The notes below the pieces were generated by a model, which was given only the letters and a program-made list of their open reading frames with translations, was not told where the DNA came from and made no database searches. Positions 12,378 through 26,100 of a stretch of DNA of 64,000 bases are shown piece by piece (the stretch's first letter is position 1; each line of letters begins with the position of its first letter). The position numbers were made by a program, and so were the translations under genes. The DNA is from Raillietiella orientalis (taxonomy: Eukaryota): contig JAYWIR010000042.1 of the NCBI GenBank assembly GCA_036172245.1, forward strand, positions 310,001-374,000, written 5' to 3'.

Positions 12378-14999
12378 TTTGGTTCTTGCTTCCATTGCCG
12401 CGTTGGCTTCTCCACAGTTTGAAACCAGATAATGCCATCTTGCTTCTCTATTGTTTCATTTCTGCTCATTCTAGCTCAGTCCCTTTCGAACGCTAGAGGA
12501 TGCATGTCCATGCCTTTTACGTGTTTGAAATGTAACATTGTGATTCTTTGCTTGCCCTTTCTCGCTCTGGAACCATGGCAGGCATAGTCGTGCATCCGAC
12601 ATGAGATCCTGCTTCAGAAGAATCCGATCCCGGAGATTTTGCTGATGTGAAATCGATATTCCATGATCATCCTCTAATCTACGTTGCTTTGGTAGCAGTG
12701 TCCTGCTTCTCGGAAATGTCTTGGCACGTGAACAAATAACCAGAGCAGGGGGTTCTGCAAGAATGTCACCCAGAATCAACTGCTGCTCATCTCTGATCGC
12801 GCCCTATCCAGGACGGATCAGAGCTCTCTTCTTGTCGTAAAACAGAATAGCCTCCGTGTGGGGGGCAGTCGCTTTCGAATCTTGTGGCGTCTGAATGGCA
12901 TCAGTAACTTGCTACCAGCCTCGGTGCTTTCACTCGTTCGTTCCATCCCTACAGCAGTGGCTAGCCTGCGAAAAGGATGAGGAGCAGGTGAGCGGGAGAG
13001 ATAAGAGACCAACTCTCGAAGCGCCATGCTCGAGTAAGGCAGCTCACCACATCGCGGCGGAAAAAGAATTTCTTATGGAAACTGATGACGTACAACGGTG
13101 GCAACTTACTGTGACGGCATCGAGGCAACTGTACACCATCCCAGTCAACAAGCAGCGCGTCCTCACAGCAACCCAGAACGTGACGAATGCCACGATACCG
13201 GATCTTTGCTGCCTATGCCAGCAACAAAGCTGGAGAGACTGCACTCTACATGCCTTTCAGATGCTGCCTACACATTTCCCAGGTTCTTCTCCTCCGGCCT
13301 GAAAGCTGATCAAGGGATTGGATCTGTTTCAGATCTCCGGTCCCTTTGACGAAGTTGTCGAACTATCAAGACCTGCAGATATCCACAGTATACGGGTAAA
13401 AAACAAAGGCCAAAAAAAAAATGCGCTTACGGGATGTCTCCTCTGCAACATTCCCTACGCGCTGCACGAGGCAAGAGTTTCCGCTGCTTGCGCAAGCGCA
13501 CAAGCAGTGCATGAAACCTGCAGGAAGGCACGGACGAAAAATAGGGAAGCGATTCGAAGAGAAGGTGGAGATGCCGTATACGTGTTGTTCTGTCGCCAAG
13601 AATGGACACCGAGCACAACTCGCACATCCCGAAATTCCCTCCCGTCTCTCCAATGACTTTCCGAATCTCTCTGGTAAGACTTGAGGTCACACAAAAAGAA
13701 ATTCTATAGAAAAGGAATAGTGCGACACGAGTCGGGCTTGCGACCCCTCTTCCACCCTCTTCCAAAGTGAAAGTAGAAAACGGAAGCAGTTTCCTACCGA
13801 GGTGATCTCCATAGGAGCAGCAGCAGCAGCAGCAGAAAAGGAGAGGAAAGGGGGAGAACGGTAGAAAGGCGACAATTGCAGACGTGAGTATTCCGAGACG
13901 CGAAGTGTGCAGCATCCACAACAGCCAAAAAGGATGGAGAAGGAAAGGGCCAAGAGACGATCCGCCAGCAAACGATCAGATGGCCAGCTGGATCTCACTC
14001 CTACTCCCGTGTTAGGGATGCGAAGCTGCCAATTCAGTTCGGTTCTTTACGTGTGCGAGGAAGGAAGGAAGCTGCGTATACTGCACTAGATGGCAGTGGC
14101 GATGGCTTCTTGACCTGCAGCCTCAGGCGCAAGTTCGAAACGCATCTCTGACTGCTTGGCTTTTACCAGTTCTTTTCGAGACACTCTTGGCTTTTGAACA
14201 GGGAAGAAACAAGGAAGGATGGATGCCTACAGGCTCATGAACGAAACTCATTAGCCCCTTTTTCCCGAAACCCACTCCTCTGCATCTCATTTCTGAAACT
14301 TTCACAATGCTGACTCCTCCAGTGTTCGTCAAGTGCTTTGCAACGTACTTTGAATGGAGGACAAACGCAGCTCAAAATGCAAGAAATCGAAATTCTCCCT
14401 TCTGAGCTCATCTTCCATTCCCTCCACGTTGGTGCGGGCTTGATCGAGCCAAGCGCCAATCCCGCAAAAGTGACTCACTCTTTCCCCGTGCCATTTGGAA
14501 ACGACGATCCTGCTGATGACGGTGGCGAACTTGAGAACAGCGGAAGGTTTTAAGCCTTGTTTCTAATCCCCCTCCCCCAGGCTCTTGGTCTGCATGTGTC
14601 TGTAGGATTCGCATCCGCCACGAAAGAACAGTGGAGAAAATAAGCTTGCGTGGGAAAAGCGGTGCTCCCAGCGGAAGAAAACAGCGCGGAACCAAGGAAG
14701 CACCTATCATGGGACTCGACTTGCTGAAAAATGCTGCACCATGGATCAAAGCGGTTGAAGAGAAGGGTTTGGGGCCACGCTCTGGGAAACGAATCACTGG
14801 AGTACAATCCTTGTACCCGGGCGCATTCCAGCGATTGCGCAAAAATCCTTTTGTGATGCAACCCCCGGTGTGATGGCACCTCACAACGTAGAAACACGAG
14901 ATTTCCACAGTAGAACGCCCGAAAACTCATTTTCTTCCTCAGCCACTCGATATGCTTCGTGGGATGAACTGCACGCCAACCTCTCATTACTTCCAGAAA

Positions 15000-15400
15000 A
15001 CAGGTCACAAGCAGTCTGCTCCTAGTGCCATTGCGTCCTTTTGCAGGAATCTCCTTGCTTCTACGCGAGTTTCGGACCACTCACTCATCACAAGTCTTTT
15101 GCTTGTAAGGATATTTGTATTTCTCCAAGTTCCCAATCCTCGCTCTTTTCCTTCTCGATCTACTTGTTCAGTCCATTGCAAAGCTGCTCGCATAGCGGCT
15201 ATCCTTCATCCGTTCTGTTCCTCTGCGCTTCGCAACTGTTCAAAATCTCCATGTGGGCCGGTCTCGTCCGTGACATCCATGACCCTTCTCCGCGATTCCC
15301 GCCTTTGTTTTCGTTGCTTCAGAGGAACGTCGATTGCTCCTACCAAGCCTCGAGATATCATCTCTCGTCACTCCTGTCCTTTAGCGCGTCCGGCTGCAAA
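15000..15400 (-). mobile_element. RTE-clade LINE 3' end remnant
   Basis: Minus strand RMKDSRY / AALQWTEQ..GKERGLGTWRNT...EWSE.RVEA resembles the RTE ORF2 C-terminal pattern ALxWxPxGKRxRGRPxxTW...W.E...A.DR. Frameshifted. Confidence 0.5.
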
Positions 15401-15764
15401 ATCCGAAAAGTGCCTTCGGCGCAATTTTCGCTCCTGGATTTTGGGGCATCCCCCCCCCCCCCCCGCCACGAGAATTCGAGGATTCGACTTTCGGTCACAT
15501 TCCATTGCCGCCTAAGGTGCGCTTCTATGAATACGAGTGATTCTAGCAAACCTCTCTTTTGATAATGCACAAGGGAGCTGTGGATTGTGCAACGGCATCC
15601 TTCCCTCATGAATAATGAATTCAGAAACTGCTTTCGTGGGCTTTCGATCCTGACGCAACATGTGATGATGTGATGATTTCCTCACCTTCACCCCTGGTAA
15701 TCCTTTTCTAAGGCCCATCCATCCGTTCAACAGCACCTACAACCGAGCGGATCAGAAAATTCAC

Positions 15765-15998
15765 ACATCTGCCGCAAGCTGTAAGACGACGACGTCTTGG
15801 AGGCCGCTTTCTCCAAAGCCAGGGAGCGCAGCCGCACCGCGTACGGGCTGGTGGTTCTTGGCCACTCCTTGGGCAAGCGGCGATCCTCCTCTGCGTTCTC
15901 CCCGCCGGCAGGTCTCCTCAGGTAGGCAGGCGGGAGGTTGCCGGAGCAACCGAGCTCTTCCCCTTACCCCCTTCCCTCTCCACATTGGTGGCTCTTGG
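15765..15998 (+). pseudogene. Inverted partial duplicate of DAGL exon 10 plus most of intron 10
   Basis: Aligns by eye to the reverse complement of ~18956-19235 (TCTTGGAGGCCGCTTTCTCCAAAGCCAGGGAGCGCAGCCGCAC...CTCCTCAG|GTAGGCAG...TCCACATTGG). It has a CAA>TAA stop and internal deletions, and retains the splice donor and intron sequence. Confidence 0.92.
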
Positions 15999-17124
15999 CT
16001 TGTGAACAACAGGCAACTTCGAGATGCAGAGGGCATCCATTTTTAGTTCTCGTGAGATCACATTCGATTCCCTTCGACTACCCCCGAAGGATAGCCGAAT
16101 GTTTTCGTCAAGGATTCGCTTCTTCCGACGAACGTTCGCAGAATGTCTTATCCGGATCGATGATGATGATCGTTCCGATGGCATTCATCGGCTCACTGAA
16201 GGACCGTTTCGCTGGTGCTTACCTGCACCGATTTGGAGGACAATGCAGCTGCACTGGGGCAAGGCTGAGAAGTGACGAATCTCTACTCCGCAGAAGAAAA
16301 GACAGTGAAGGCAAACGACAGACTCGACTTTTCTAATCTGCCCCGTTTCCGAGCAGCGCGCGCGGATGACTTCCATTTCGCCCCGGCAAAAAACGATTAG
16401 CGTTTTCGCTGCGCGACGCTCAGCCATCGATCTTCTCACACGGTCTTTTAGGAGCTAGGTCCTGTGACGGAGACGTCATCATGCTGCTCCTCATTCTCCT
16501 CCGAAATCAAATCAGCCATGGGACAATGGAAAGCTGTTCTCCCTCTTATCACGTTTCCCTTGTGCTTTCCGGGAAGGAGGCAGGAGGCAAAGAATCACCG
16601 GAGACTTTTGCTCGTTCCGAGGAGGGTCAAAGTCTTCAACGCGAGATTTCGAAATAGCGGGAAGACAGAGGCGGCTCTGTCTCTCCCGTGGAGCCGTGTG
16701 CGTGCGTGTTTGGATCGTTCGCTGCTTGCAAAGGTGCCTTTTCCATTTGAGAATGGAATAAATTTGCAGCAACAACCATAACAAAAATATCCTCACTGTT
16801 GTTTTAAATACTTCCACACCCGACTTCACGACCTGAAAGACAACCGAAACCAAAACACGTGATTCGCGGTTGAGACATGCAATTCCTCCGCCCATGTGTC
16901 GTCAAGCGTGGTGCGTCTTATAATCACTCTCTCCCAACCCTTGGTACCGTCACAACTTTGCCACGCAGGAACCAACCGTTTCCATGGACGCGGGTGAGGG
17001 AAGCATCATCCACCGAATTCAGTAACGCTGCAGAGAAGGCTCTGGATTGAGAAGGGGCAGGCGGAAACCTTTTTTTTTTTTTCTTCTTCTTCCCCTCCCC
17101 TTTTTCATGACGACACCCGTTGCG

Positions 17125-20100
17125 TCAGGGCCACTCTTGAATCGAGCGGGCGTAAAACGCGTCCGGGAACACGCAGGTGTCGGGCGAGGAATCCGACGAC
17201 GAGTCGAAACTGTCCTGCCCTCTGACTTCGGACTTTTTGAGAGACGGGTGGCTGGCGTCCTCGATGACCTGGAAGATTGATTTTCTGTATCGCGAGGCTG
17301 TCGTCTGGGGCAGCGTCGACGACGTCCCGCACCGCGGGATGTGACCGACGAAGGAAGCGAGCAGCAGCCAACCTCTCTCGCTATCTCCCTCGCAGCGCCT
17401 TTCTCGCCCCGCACCGCGCCACTTCCATTCCGGGTTCTTACAGAGAGCGGACGTGGTATCCGGAGAAAAGAAAAGGGGGAATTCGAGAAAATTCTCGGGA
17501 TCTACGAGCGGGGGAACGCAGCCTCTTGAAAAAAACAAACAAAAACACGAGTCCTCCGAGAAAGGGTGGAGATGATCTCTTGGGGGCACTCGCAAGGGAA
17601 GCCACATCTTGTTTCGTGTTTATCTGCCGGTTCTCAGGACTCACGAGATCGAGCCACCGTGTGTGAGCCAGACGCACACACACGTCTGATCCCTGCCCCA
17701 GAACTGCGTGGCTCCCCTCCCTCCACAAGTACGCGCCGCTCCGTGCATCCTTCTGGGAGCCGAGTTTCCAGACGCGAACCTGGTGCCATCTGTTCCTACA
17801 TTGCGCAGCCTCCCCCTCTCCCTCTCCTTCCTCTTTTCCCGTGGCTACAACAGCAAGGTCGAGAGTTCAGCGCGCAGCGCCCGCGCGATTACGACGGTGT
17901 GGGATGACTCCGTGGATACGGGTCGGCCCGCACGCTGCTGCGAGCGCCGACCCGCATCGTGGGCGGGGCATCCCCGTCAAGTAGGCAAAGAATGCGGGGG
18001 GGGATCTTGGCTGGCGGAAGGTCGTGCCGGTGGCTCTGCACGGGAAGAGAGAGACGCGACCATCCGGCCCTCCTGGGGAGCTCAGGGGGCCAGCACGCGA
18101 TTCAAGAGGTCGCCGGCGAGACCATACGGCAAAGGAGGGGTGCGTGCGAAATGGAAGTTGCCCGCGAGGCTCTTGGAAAGCGTCGTCTGAACCAACCGCT
18201 CTCCCTGAACGTGGGGTGCGAGACCCTCCGACAGCGGCGGCTTCTCCCGGCGGTCGATGAGGGTCGAGAACGCCCCTCCTCGGAAAACCCAGCCTTCCCC
18301 CGAAGGGATGCTCCCTAACCTTGTTCATGGCCTCGTGCACGAAAGTGGGCAGGTGGTCCCTTATCATCCCAGGGGAGATGAGGATCTCATTGAAGTCGTC
18401 TGTGTCCGCCCACAAAGCCCGATACAGAGGTCGGTCTTCTCCCACGTGCCACCTGAAGTCAAAAAAGGGCGAGAGGGAGGAGCGAGCAAAGGAATAATGG
18501 CAATAAAAAAAAAAAAAAAAAGTCGACCTCTAGTGCATAAAGGTCTTCCAGAAAACAAACCTGACCACGTGTATGATCTTGCCCGGAGGGTAGAGAGGTA
18601 GCCGCGTGATCTCTATGCTGGACGCGTCCGAATCCAGGAGGGTCGACCTTGCCTCGTCCCGGTCGCACGCGAACTGCTCGGCGGCCTCCTCGATCCTCTG
18701 GGTGCGGAAGTTGGAGCAGCAGACGGAAGACAAGAAGATGGTCCACTGAAAAAGGCACCCACCCATCCCCTCTGAGGTCCTTTCGGATGCCGCACAACCC
18801 GGGCAGGACCTTGGACTCCTTGTTCTTGTTGAGGGCGTTCACGAAATCGGCCCGAAGCAGCTCCATCTGCAGCAGACCGAGGCGGCAAATGACGTCCTTA
18901 CCCACCACCACCGACAGCACGAAAGACTTCGTGTACTCCGCGGCCTTGCGGCTGCCAAAGGGCCGCCAATGTGGAGGGGAAGAGGGAAAGGAAAAGAGCT
19001 CGGTTCCCCCGGCAACCGCCCGTCTGCCTACCTGAGGAGACCCGCCGGCGGGGAGAACGCATAGCACCTGAGGTTCGCGTAGGTGGTCTTCAGGAGGATG
19101 GCGAGGATCGCCGCAGTGCCGGCGCCCAAGGAGTGACCAAGAACCACCAGTCCGTACGCAGTGCGGCTGCGCTCCCTGGCTTTGGAGAAAGCGGCCTCCA
19201 AGACACCCTCGTCTTGCAGCTTCCGGAAGATGTACTTGGCAGCGTTGACCATTCCCTGAGCGGGAGAGTCCTCCAGGTAGGACAACGACGCCCCCGAGGG
19301 GTGGAAGACCCTCCGGTTGTTCTTCCCCTCCTCCCTTCCCCCAAGACACCCGGGTGCAGGTTTCCACAGTTTCCCGGCACACCGGAAACCGGTACATCCC
19401 GTCTCGCCTCCTAACTGGAGGAGATGCGGAATGGACTCGGGTTTTGCCGAAAGAGGAGAGAGAGCTTCCGGGAGGGAGAGCAGCAGCAGGACGCCCCGGC
19501 CGAAGTCTCCCGGGACTTCCCTTGCCGACGGAAGCACCCCGCGAAATCTTGGCATGGGAGAAGGGATGAGACGGCGCTTTTCCGGAACCACCTTGCTCGC
19601 AGGAAAAAGCGCCGGTAGGATGGGGTTGGGAAACCTCCGCGAAAAGGGCTCTCCCTGTTCCCGACCAAAGGTTGCCTGCTACGCCCGCGCCCTGGGCGAA
19701 TTCACGCCAACGCGCGACCCCATTTAGTAGGCGCGACGACGAAAGGTGGGCGCAGACGGAGGAGGAATCAGCAAGCGTCTCGTGGACGCGCTCCCCGGGG
19801 ATCGTACCAGGAGTCCGTTCGTTCCACGCTGGACGTGAAATAAACGTGGAGAGAGGGGCATTTTCGAGTTTCCTGGTGCTGCCGCACCTCCGGAAGGAGC
19901 AGAAGAAGCCTTGGGTCTTCTTCGAGAGCGCGCGCTCTGGGGGGCGAATTGAGACTCCTGCGATGGATCCTCAGGAGCATCAAGTGTTTGGGTAGCCTAG
20001 TCAAAGGGGAAAGATGAGCCGCTATGGATGTTCCCGAACCTCCTCCTCTTCCTGCTCCTTCTCCCCTCCTCCTGCTCCTTCTGTTCCTCCCTTCCTCCTC

Positions 20101-23100
20101 CTGCGACCCGATTTCCCTAAATCCGACAATGGCGGCATCAGCGTTGGATCCGCGGCCACTCCCTCCTCCCCTTGACCTCGTCTTTGATGCGGTCGATACC
20201 CGCGGCGCCGCTCTCGAGGCCTGCCCTCTCTGCGGAGAAATCCTTCCAGAAGCTGTTTCCCTTTTCCTCACGCACGCGTTCGAAGAATCATTGGAGGTGG
20301 GAAGGGCGTGTGCACTGGGCGTCCAGACCCTTTTTGTGGGAAGAAGGGAGGGGAGTCTTCCCGCCTGTCCCAACATTCGCGTTTTGTTCTTCGGTGAAGC
20401 GGCAGCCGCCGCACCGCTTGGGTCACGTCGAAGGCAGAAAGCCACGTTCCTGGTTCCCGGAGAGTCCCTATCCCTCCCTCCGATCCGAAGAATTTCCCGA
20501 AAGACCATGTTGCCCTTTCCAGATGGCTCGCGTCTACTCACTTTGTGACCCAGCCAATCCGTATTCAGGTCATTCGTCCTTATGGGTTCCTCGTTCGCTA
20601 TGAGGTCAGTCACGATGTCCTTCACGAGGGCTCATTGAAGCACAGCTCGTCCCTCTATACAGCAACTGACCTTCATCGAAAGGGTTCCTCTGACAGCTAT
20701 GACAACGGTTTTCCTGGCGTGATCGATGGCCACGAAGAATGGCGTCTCGCCGACGTCGACATGGAAGTTGGCGTAGCTTATTTCCGTGTCCGGCATATCG
20801 CACATCTGGCTAAGGGCAGAAGAGTGGCAGTTGCAGCAGTTGTCGTCAACGATTTCCAGCTCACTCCTGGAAACGGCCATCAGGTTGAAAGTGGCAGCAA
20901 GCCGCTTAAGCGGAATGCGACGAGGAAGGCGGTCACGTGGAAGCGGACAACCCCTGGCAAGTGCCCAGCATGGCTGCTCCCTGAGGAACAGCGTTAAGCT
21001 ATGAAGGAGCCATCGTTTTTTCGAGGACGGATACCATCTAAAAGTCTCGTATCTCCGTAGTTACCGTTCGCATAGGGAGAATCTGTTTCCAAGCACCCAA
21101 GACAACGGAAAACACCCCCCTCCTCCTCCCAAAGTCAGAAGTCGAAATGTATCTCATTCATTGGCGCCATCTTGCTGGAAACACATTATGCCTTGACCAC
21201 ACAACAGCTTGCATACACCACAACGGCACTGTAGCTCGTACAGAGGTCGACAGCTATCCAGTAGCCACCTCTTCCATTAGCCAAGTCCTCATTTCAAACC
21301 CAATGAGCAGTAACCCTTTGCCAAGATTTCCATTCTCGAGAATGACTCGTATTAAGGAAATTCGCATCCCTCTGAAAGAGCATAATCTTCACGATCCCTC
21401 GGTCACCTCTTCTCTTGTGGTTTCCAGCACATCACAGGTGCTGATCTCATGGTGAGAATTTCTTCAGTCTTGGCGTCTGCAACGAAGCGCATGCAAACAC
21501 ACCGGAGCGTTTCCAGATAGGTGGCCATACGAATGACTCAAAGTTTCCAAGCTGGGAAGAGACCGAAGGACGCTTTGTAGAGCAGTTGAGCCAGTTTACG
21601 CTCTAAGAAACCAGATAGATCTCAATAAACCTTTTAGCACATCCATCGCAGTAACCAGAGGAAAGAGGATCATAATCACGTGCTGCACGGAGACCAAGAC
21701 AGGTAAGAGACCCGCAGTTCCAACAAGAAAGTCTTCAGCTAGTAGCCCTTAAAAAGTTCTTAAAAAAAAAAAAAAAAAGACGACAAAGAGAGGGTAAGGT
21801 AACACGAGAAGGAGTTGCATCTCCATGATACTAACAAAAAGTTCGATCAGAAGCAGGGCGTAAGGTGCATGCTCAAGCACTCCAAGTCGATTTGCAGATC
21901 GTTCTGTTTACAGTCCGACGGCTTCTCTTGCCGCAGAGTTCCTTGAAGCTCTTCGGCAAAATGCACAGGTGGAACGAGCGGGAACTACGAGCATGCAACA
22001 GGTAGCGAGCCAGCAGGGGATCTGCTCCCCTCGTACATCCCTCTGGTGGAGTGAAAATTCAACCAGGAGATCGATAGGAAGAACTTTTGAGTGAATGACG
22101 CCACTATGCTACTGCCGAACAGCACTTGGACGAGCGTTCCCTCAAAACATAAAGGCCACAGTGTGGCCCCACGCCATCGATCGCATGTTTTCTAGTGATC
22201 TATGGACGGGAAGCGGAAGCAGCGGATTTGAAAGGAGAAGGAAGGGAAGAGAAAAAGGGAGGAGGAGCGGAGCGAAAAGGGGGATTCGAAGCCTGAAAAT
22301 TCCCATGCGTTGATGTCTGTTCTTGGGATTCGCGGTCCTACACGCGGCCTTCCGGAGCACGCGGAGAACGGCATCGACGGACAAGAACTTGAGAGCAGGA
22401 AGCGACGTTATTCTTTTCTCCAAGCACAGGGCAAGAGCCGGAGGTTGCAGCAGACACACACAGTCACTTGGACAGGAACTTAGACTGGAAGTAAGAAAGC
22501 GGAGGACGGAAGATCGCACACGCCCCGAGTGGTTCCTGAAGAGGCATCAAGGCAAGGAAGGATTTCCCTCTGAAGCGAATGCAAACCACAGCAGCAAGCA
22601 AAGACCGACTCTGGTATCAAAGAGATTCATCACATGAAAAAGATGAATCCCAGACCTTCCAGGAATAAGTTTCCAAAGCATTAAAGGAAGCGTAACCCTC
22701 GCCTGGCAAAGGGAACATCCGGCCTTACACGAATTCCTCCTCGACCAAAGCTCAGAATCGGCAGCAGAAATCAAAAGTTATGTCAAGGATCGTCTTCGAT
22801 CCCTCTGAAACTAGTAACCAAAAATCCCTACGAATTTTGGATATCAAGAATGCAGCCTCCCTGGGGTCGTTTTCTTTTCCAGAAAAGGCAACCGGAAAGG
22901 AAAAAAAGCCCATCCAAGGAAGGTCGACGACGGACGAGACGGAGTGCGCGCCTTGCCAACAGGGAGCAAAAGCATACAAAGGACCTGGCTCTGCAGCACA
23001 GCTGGCACCCGCAACAAAACGGATTCAACATGAGGTAGATGGGCCAGCCGTAGGCGGCCATGGCGTATCTCAGGTAGTGGATGGTGGTCACATATTCTTT

Positions 23101-26100
23101 GTTGACGAGTGGGTCACTCAAATTCAGGAATTGAGAAGATGGAAGTTCCTCCGAAAGCTGGGGATGTTTCTGAAAGACAATCAACAGCGATGAGAAACTC
23201 TGGTTGGTAAAGAAAAGCAGATTTTTCAAGGACGCACAGACTTCTTGTAAGAAGGGAACGAGACAGGAGCTCGGGATAAACGCAGAAGAGGAGATGGCGG
23301 CGGTGTCGAGTAACCAGGATGGGAAGACGCAAGAGGAAAGGGATTTTTGCAGGGAAGAGGGCAGCTTTGGAGCAGGGTCGGAGCGAGGTCTGCAGAGCGG
23401 GGCCGCAAGGTCTCTTGAGCGCGCATCAGTTAGCATTTTTGCAAGGTCCGGGAAATGCGGTGAGCGGTGCATCAGCGCATCGATGTCACCTACAGGATCT
23501 TCGAGAAAGTCGGGCGGGGCTCGCCGAGAAAAGATCCTTTAGGATGCTTAGTTTGATGAGGCTTCCCTCCCACCCACCCACGCTCAGACGTCTTTCCATG
23601 CAGCTCTCAGGGAGGTGGAGAAGGGAAGAAAGCAAGAAAGGAAAGGGGGGGTGAAAAGTTTGAGCTCAGCAGACGAGATGACCATCTCCTAGTCGTAATT
23701 GCGTGGGTACGCGAGGGGAAACACCGGGAATCGACATCGAAGGGATGAGGCTACCTTATAGCGTGGTTGCCGTCGACTCTGCCTCCTTCACGCCGCATTT
23801 TGGAGGAGCCTGCCTGCCAGCAAGCCCAGACTCGAAGATAACAGTCGAGAGCAAGGGCCATGACTGCAGACTTTTTTTTTCGTTCGAGCGCTGCGAAGGA
23901 TCATCTGAAGGAAAGGAGAGTCCTGTGCGTGCCTCTATCCAAAAGGACATGCTGTCAGAGACAGCGACGGCAACTGAGATCGCTAGTTTTGCCCGCCCGC
24001 CCACCCCGAGCCAGAAGCTGCGTTTTCGATGCCATCACAACCCCGAATTACCTGACACACCATCCACCACCAAGCGCGGCGAGAGGAGACGGAGATGCAC
24101 GTACACCTCCACAGCGTGGAGTGCAGTCAAACAGAGAGGAAAGCTTTCCCCCTCAGTGTGATCCCCCACGAACAGCGACCCACGGGCACCCAGAGGACGA
24201 ACTGGAATGAGGAGCGAGGGATGCCGGTGCTGGTCGCGTTCAGTGATGCTATCGGTCGCCGAAGACGGCGAAGGCGGCAGAACAGTAGCACGTGACCCAA
24301 CCAAAGTAAGTAAAAGACCTGCATCTCCGTAGCTGGGAAGCCTCCGGAAGATCTGAAGCTTTCCGGGAAGATCGGCACACTTCAGGGAGCTTTCGCGGAA
24401 GCTGACAAGGACGCGCGCGCACCTCAGCGGAATCTCCAGCACGCGAATATTCCCGATGAGAGCCACGATCTTGGGTTCGGCCCTTAATGGGCCCCGAACT
24501 GAAGGAAGCGACACGCTTCTTCCTTGCCTCTGGCACTCTGCGAATCTGCTCCCTTTGCGACTCCTTTTTCTCACTTCCGCGCGTGTGCAGATGCACTGCG
24601 GAGTGCCAGACGTGGTGGCTTCCCGCTCCATCTTCGTCTTGATAAAAGCCGCGAACAACCCTTTCGCGATGACCAGGAGAAATCTGAGTGGATGTGCTCA
24701 TCTCACGCAGGAAAGATGCCACTGGTTCACATCTTCGGTAGTCTCGCCACATGTGGCATCCACGACCGCACAGCTACTTGGTGTCACGCACGTTCTGGAA
24801 GGCAGTGAATGTGTTTGGCGCTCTCGTAAGGCAACGGGGTGGTGCCACCGTCTCGCCGCATGGACGACATCGAGGTCTGTGGATAACGTGCGTGGTCCAC
24901 ACGTTCAAGCATTAACGACAAAAGTGTCTTCCGAGAATTCGCGCAAAGCCTTGCGCAAAACGCTGCAGCCGATGAACACGTGCATCCTCGATCCGATGGT
25001 CTTTGCTGTGTGCGGTTGCATCCTTAGCAGGGAACCGTGTCGTGTCACGTTCCTAGCAGGGGATTACGGAAGCAACCGGATGATGCGCTGCAACATCTAA
25101 AAATCCACTGCGAAATCCGACCATCCTAATCCACCACAGCCGATTCTTTTCCACAAGTGGCTCAAGCGAATCAGTACGCGGTACTGAGCTGGACATTGCA
25201 CTCATGCGTCGTGAGTGGACATTCATGCTTCCCTAATAGGCAACCGGGACACTCGGAATCTCGGAACACTGGCCCAGGTTCCAAGGAACTGACCTGAGCC
25301 AAGCCAAACATAGAAGCGAGGGGGAAGAAAAATTATTTCGAGAACATCCGAAAACATCAGCTCGGGCCGGGATCGATCGACATGAATTCCCTCAGGAAAG
25401 GGAGGAGTAGCATCCTTGCTTGCAAACGGTCTGCGGCTTTGTGTTCGACCTTTCAAAACGGACGAGATCGTTCACGGGATTTCTGCCCTTCTTTTCCACG
25501 TCCTCCCCGACAACCCTCCACGAGAAAGCCGGATGTTGACGAGGAGGTCAACCCTCGCATCTTATCCACATTACATAAATTACACATATTAAAAGCTACA
25601 AATTGCGATCGTTCTTTCGTCGAATGCTCGAAAACTCTTACGTGACGTATCATCCTACAGAATTTCACGCACTTAACGTTCCGTGCATTGCTGTTCCTCG
25701 CAGATTAAAGCGCCTCGGAGGGTTCAGGAAATGCTCGTCGGCGGAGGAGCGAAAGCAGACACGAAGCCCCATGCTAGATCTCCATGAACACCGACCAAGA
25801 AACCATTGCAACTTGCAAACTCTTCAGCCAAGCGTTCCCCCAACGGCGAAACGAGTCCATGCTGACCCAAGCCTCCTTGGAAGCAAAGGGCAGGCAGTCC
25901 TGAGATAAGCGTGGGAAGCCCCTCCGAATGCAGAGGGAAAGAAAGAAGCAGTTACAAGAAGCTGGAAATCAGGAGCAGCTTTATCAGCTTAATCCCACGC
26001 CGGCGGCCGCGTGACTGCGGTCTCCGCGCGCGTGACAGCAAGCGTTGCGCGCTTTGAAGCCCCTCCCCTCCCCTCCCCGGAAAGGATAGACTCCCGAGAA

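Noticed and set aside
18170..18200. VGSDD on the minus strand, resembling the DAGL N-terminal motif
   Set aside because: Intronic coincidence. The true first exon is at 50827-50733.
19768..20548. 285-aa and 174-aa ORFs
   Set aside because: Only 20619-20542 is a DAGL exon. The rest is low-complexity GC-rich intron read-through.
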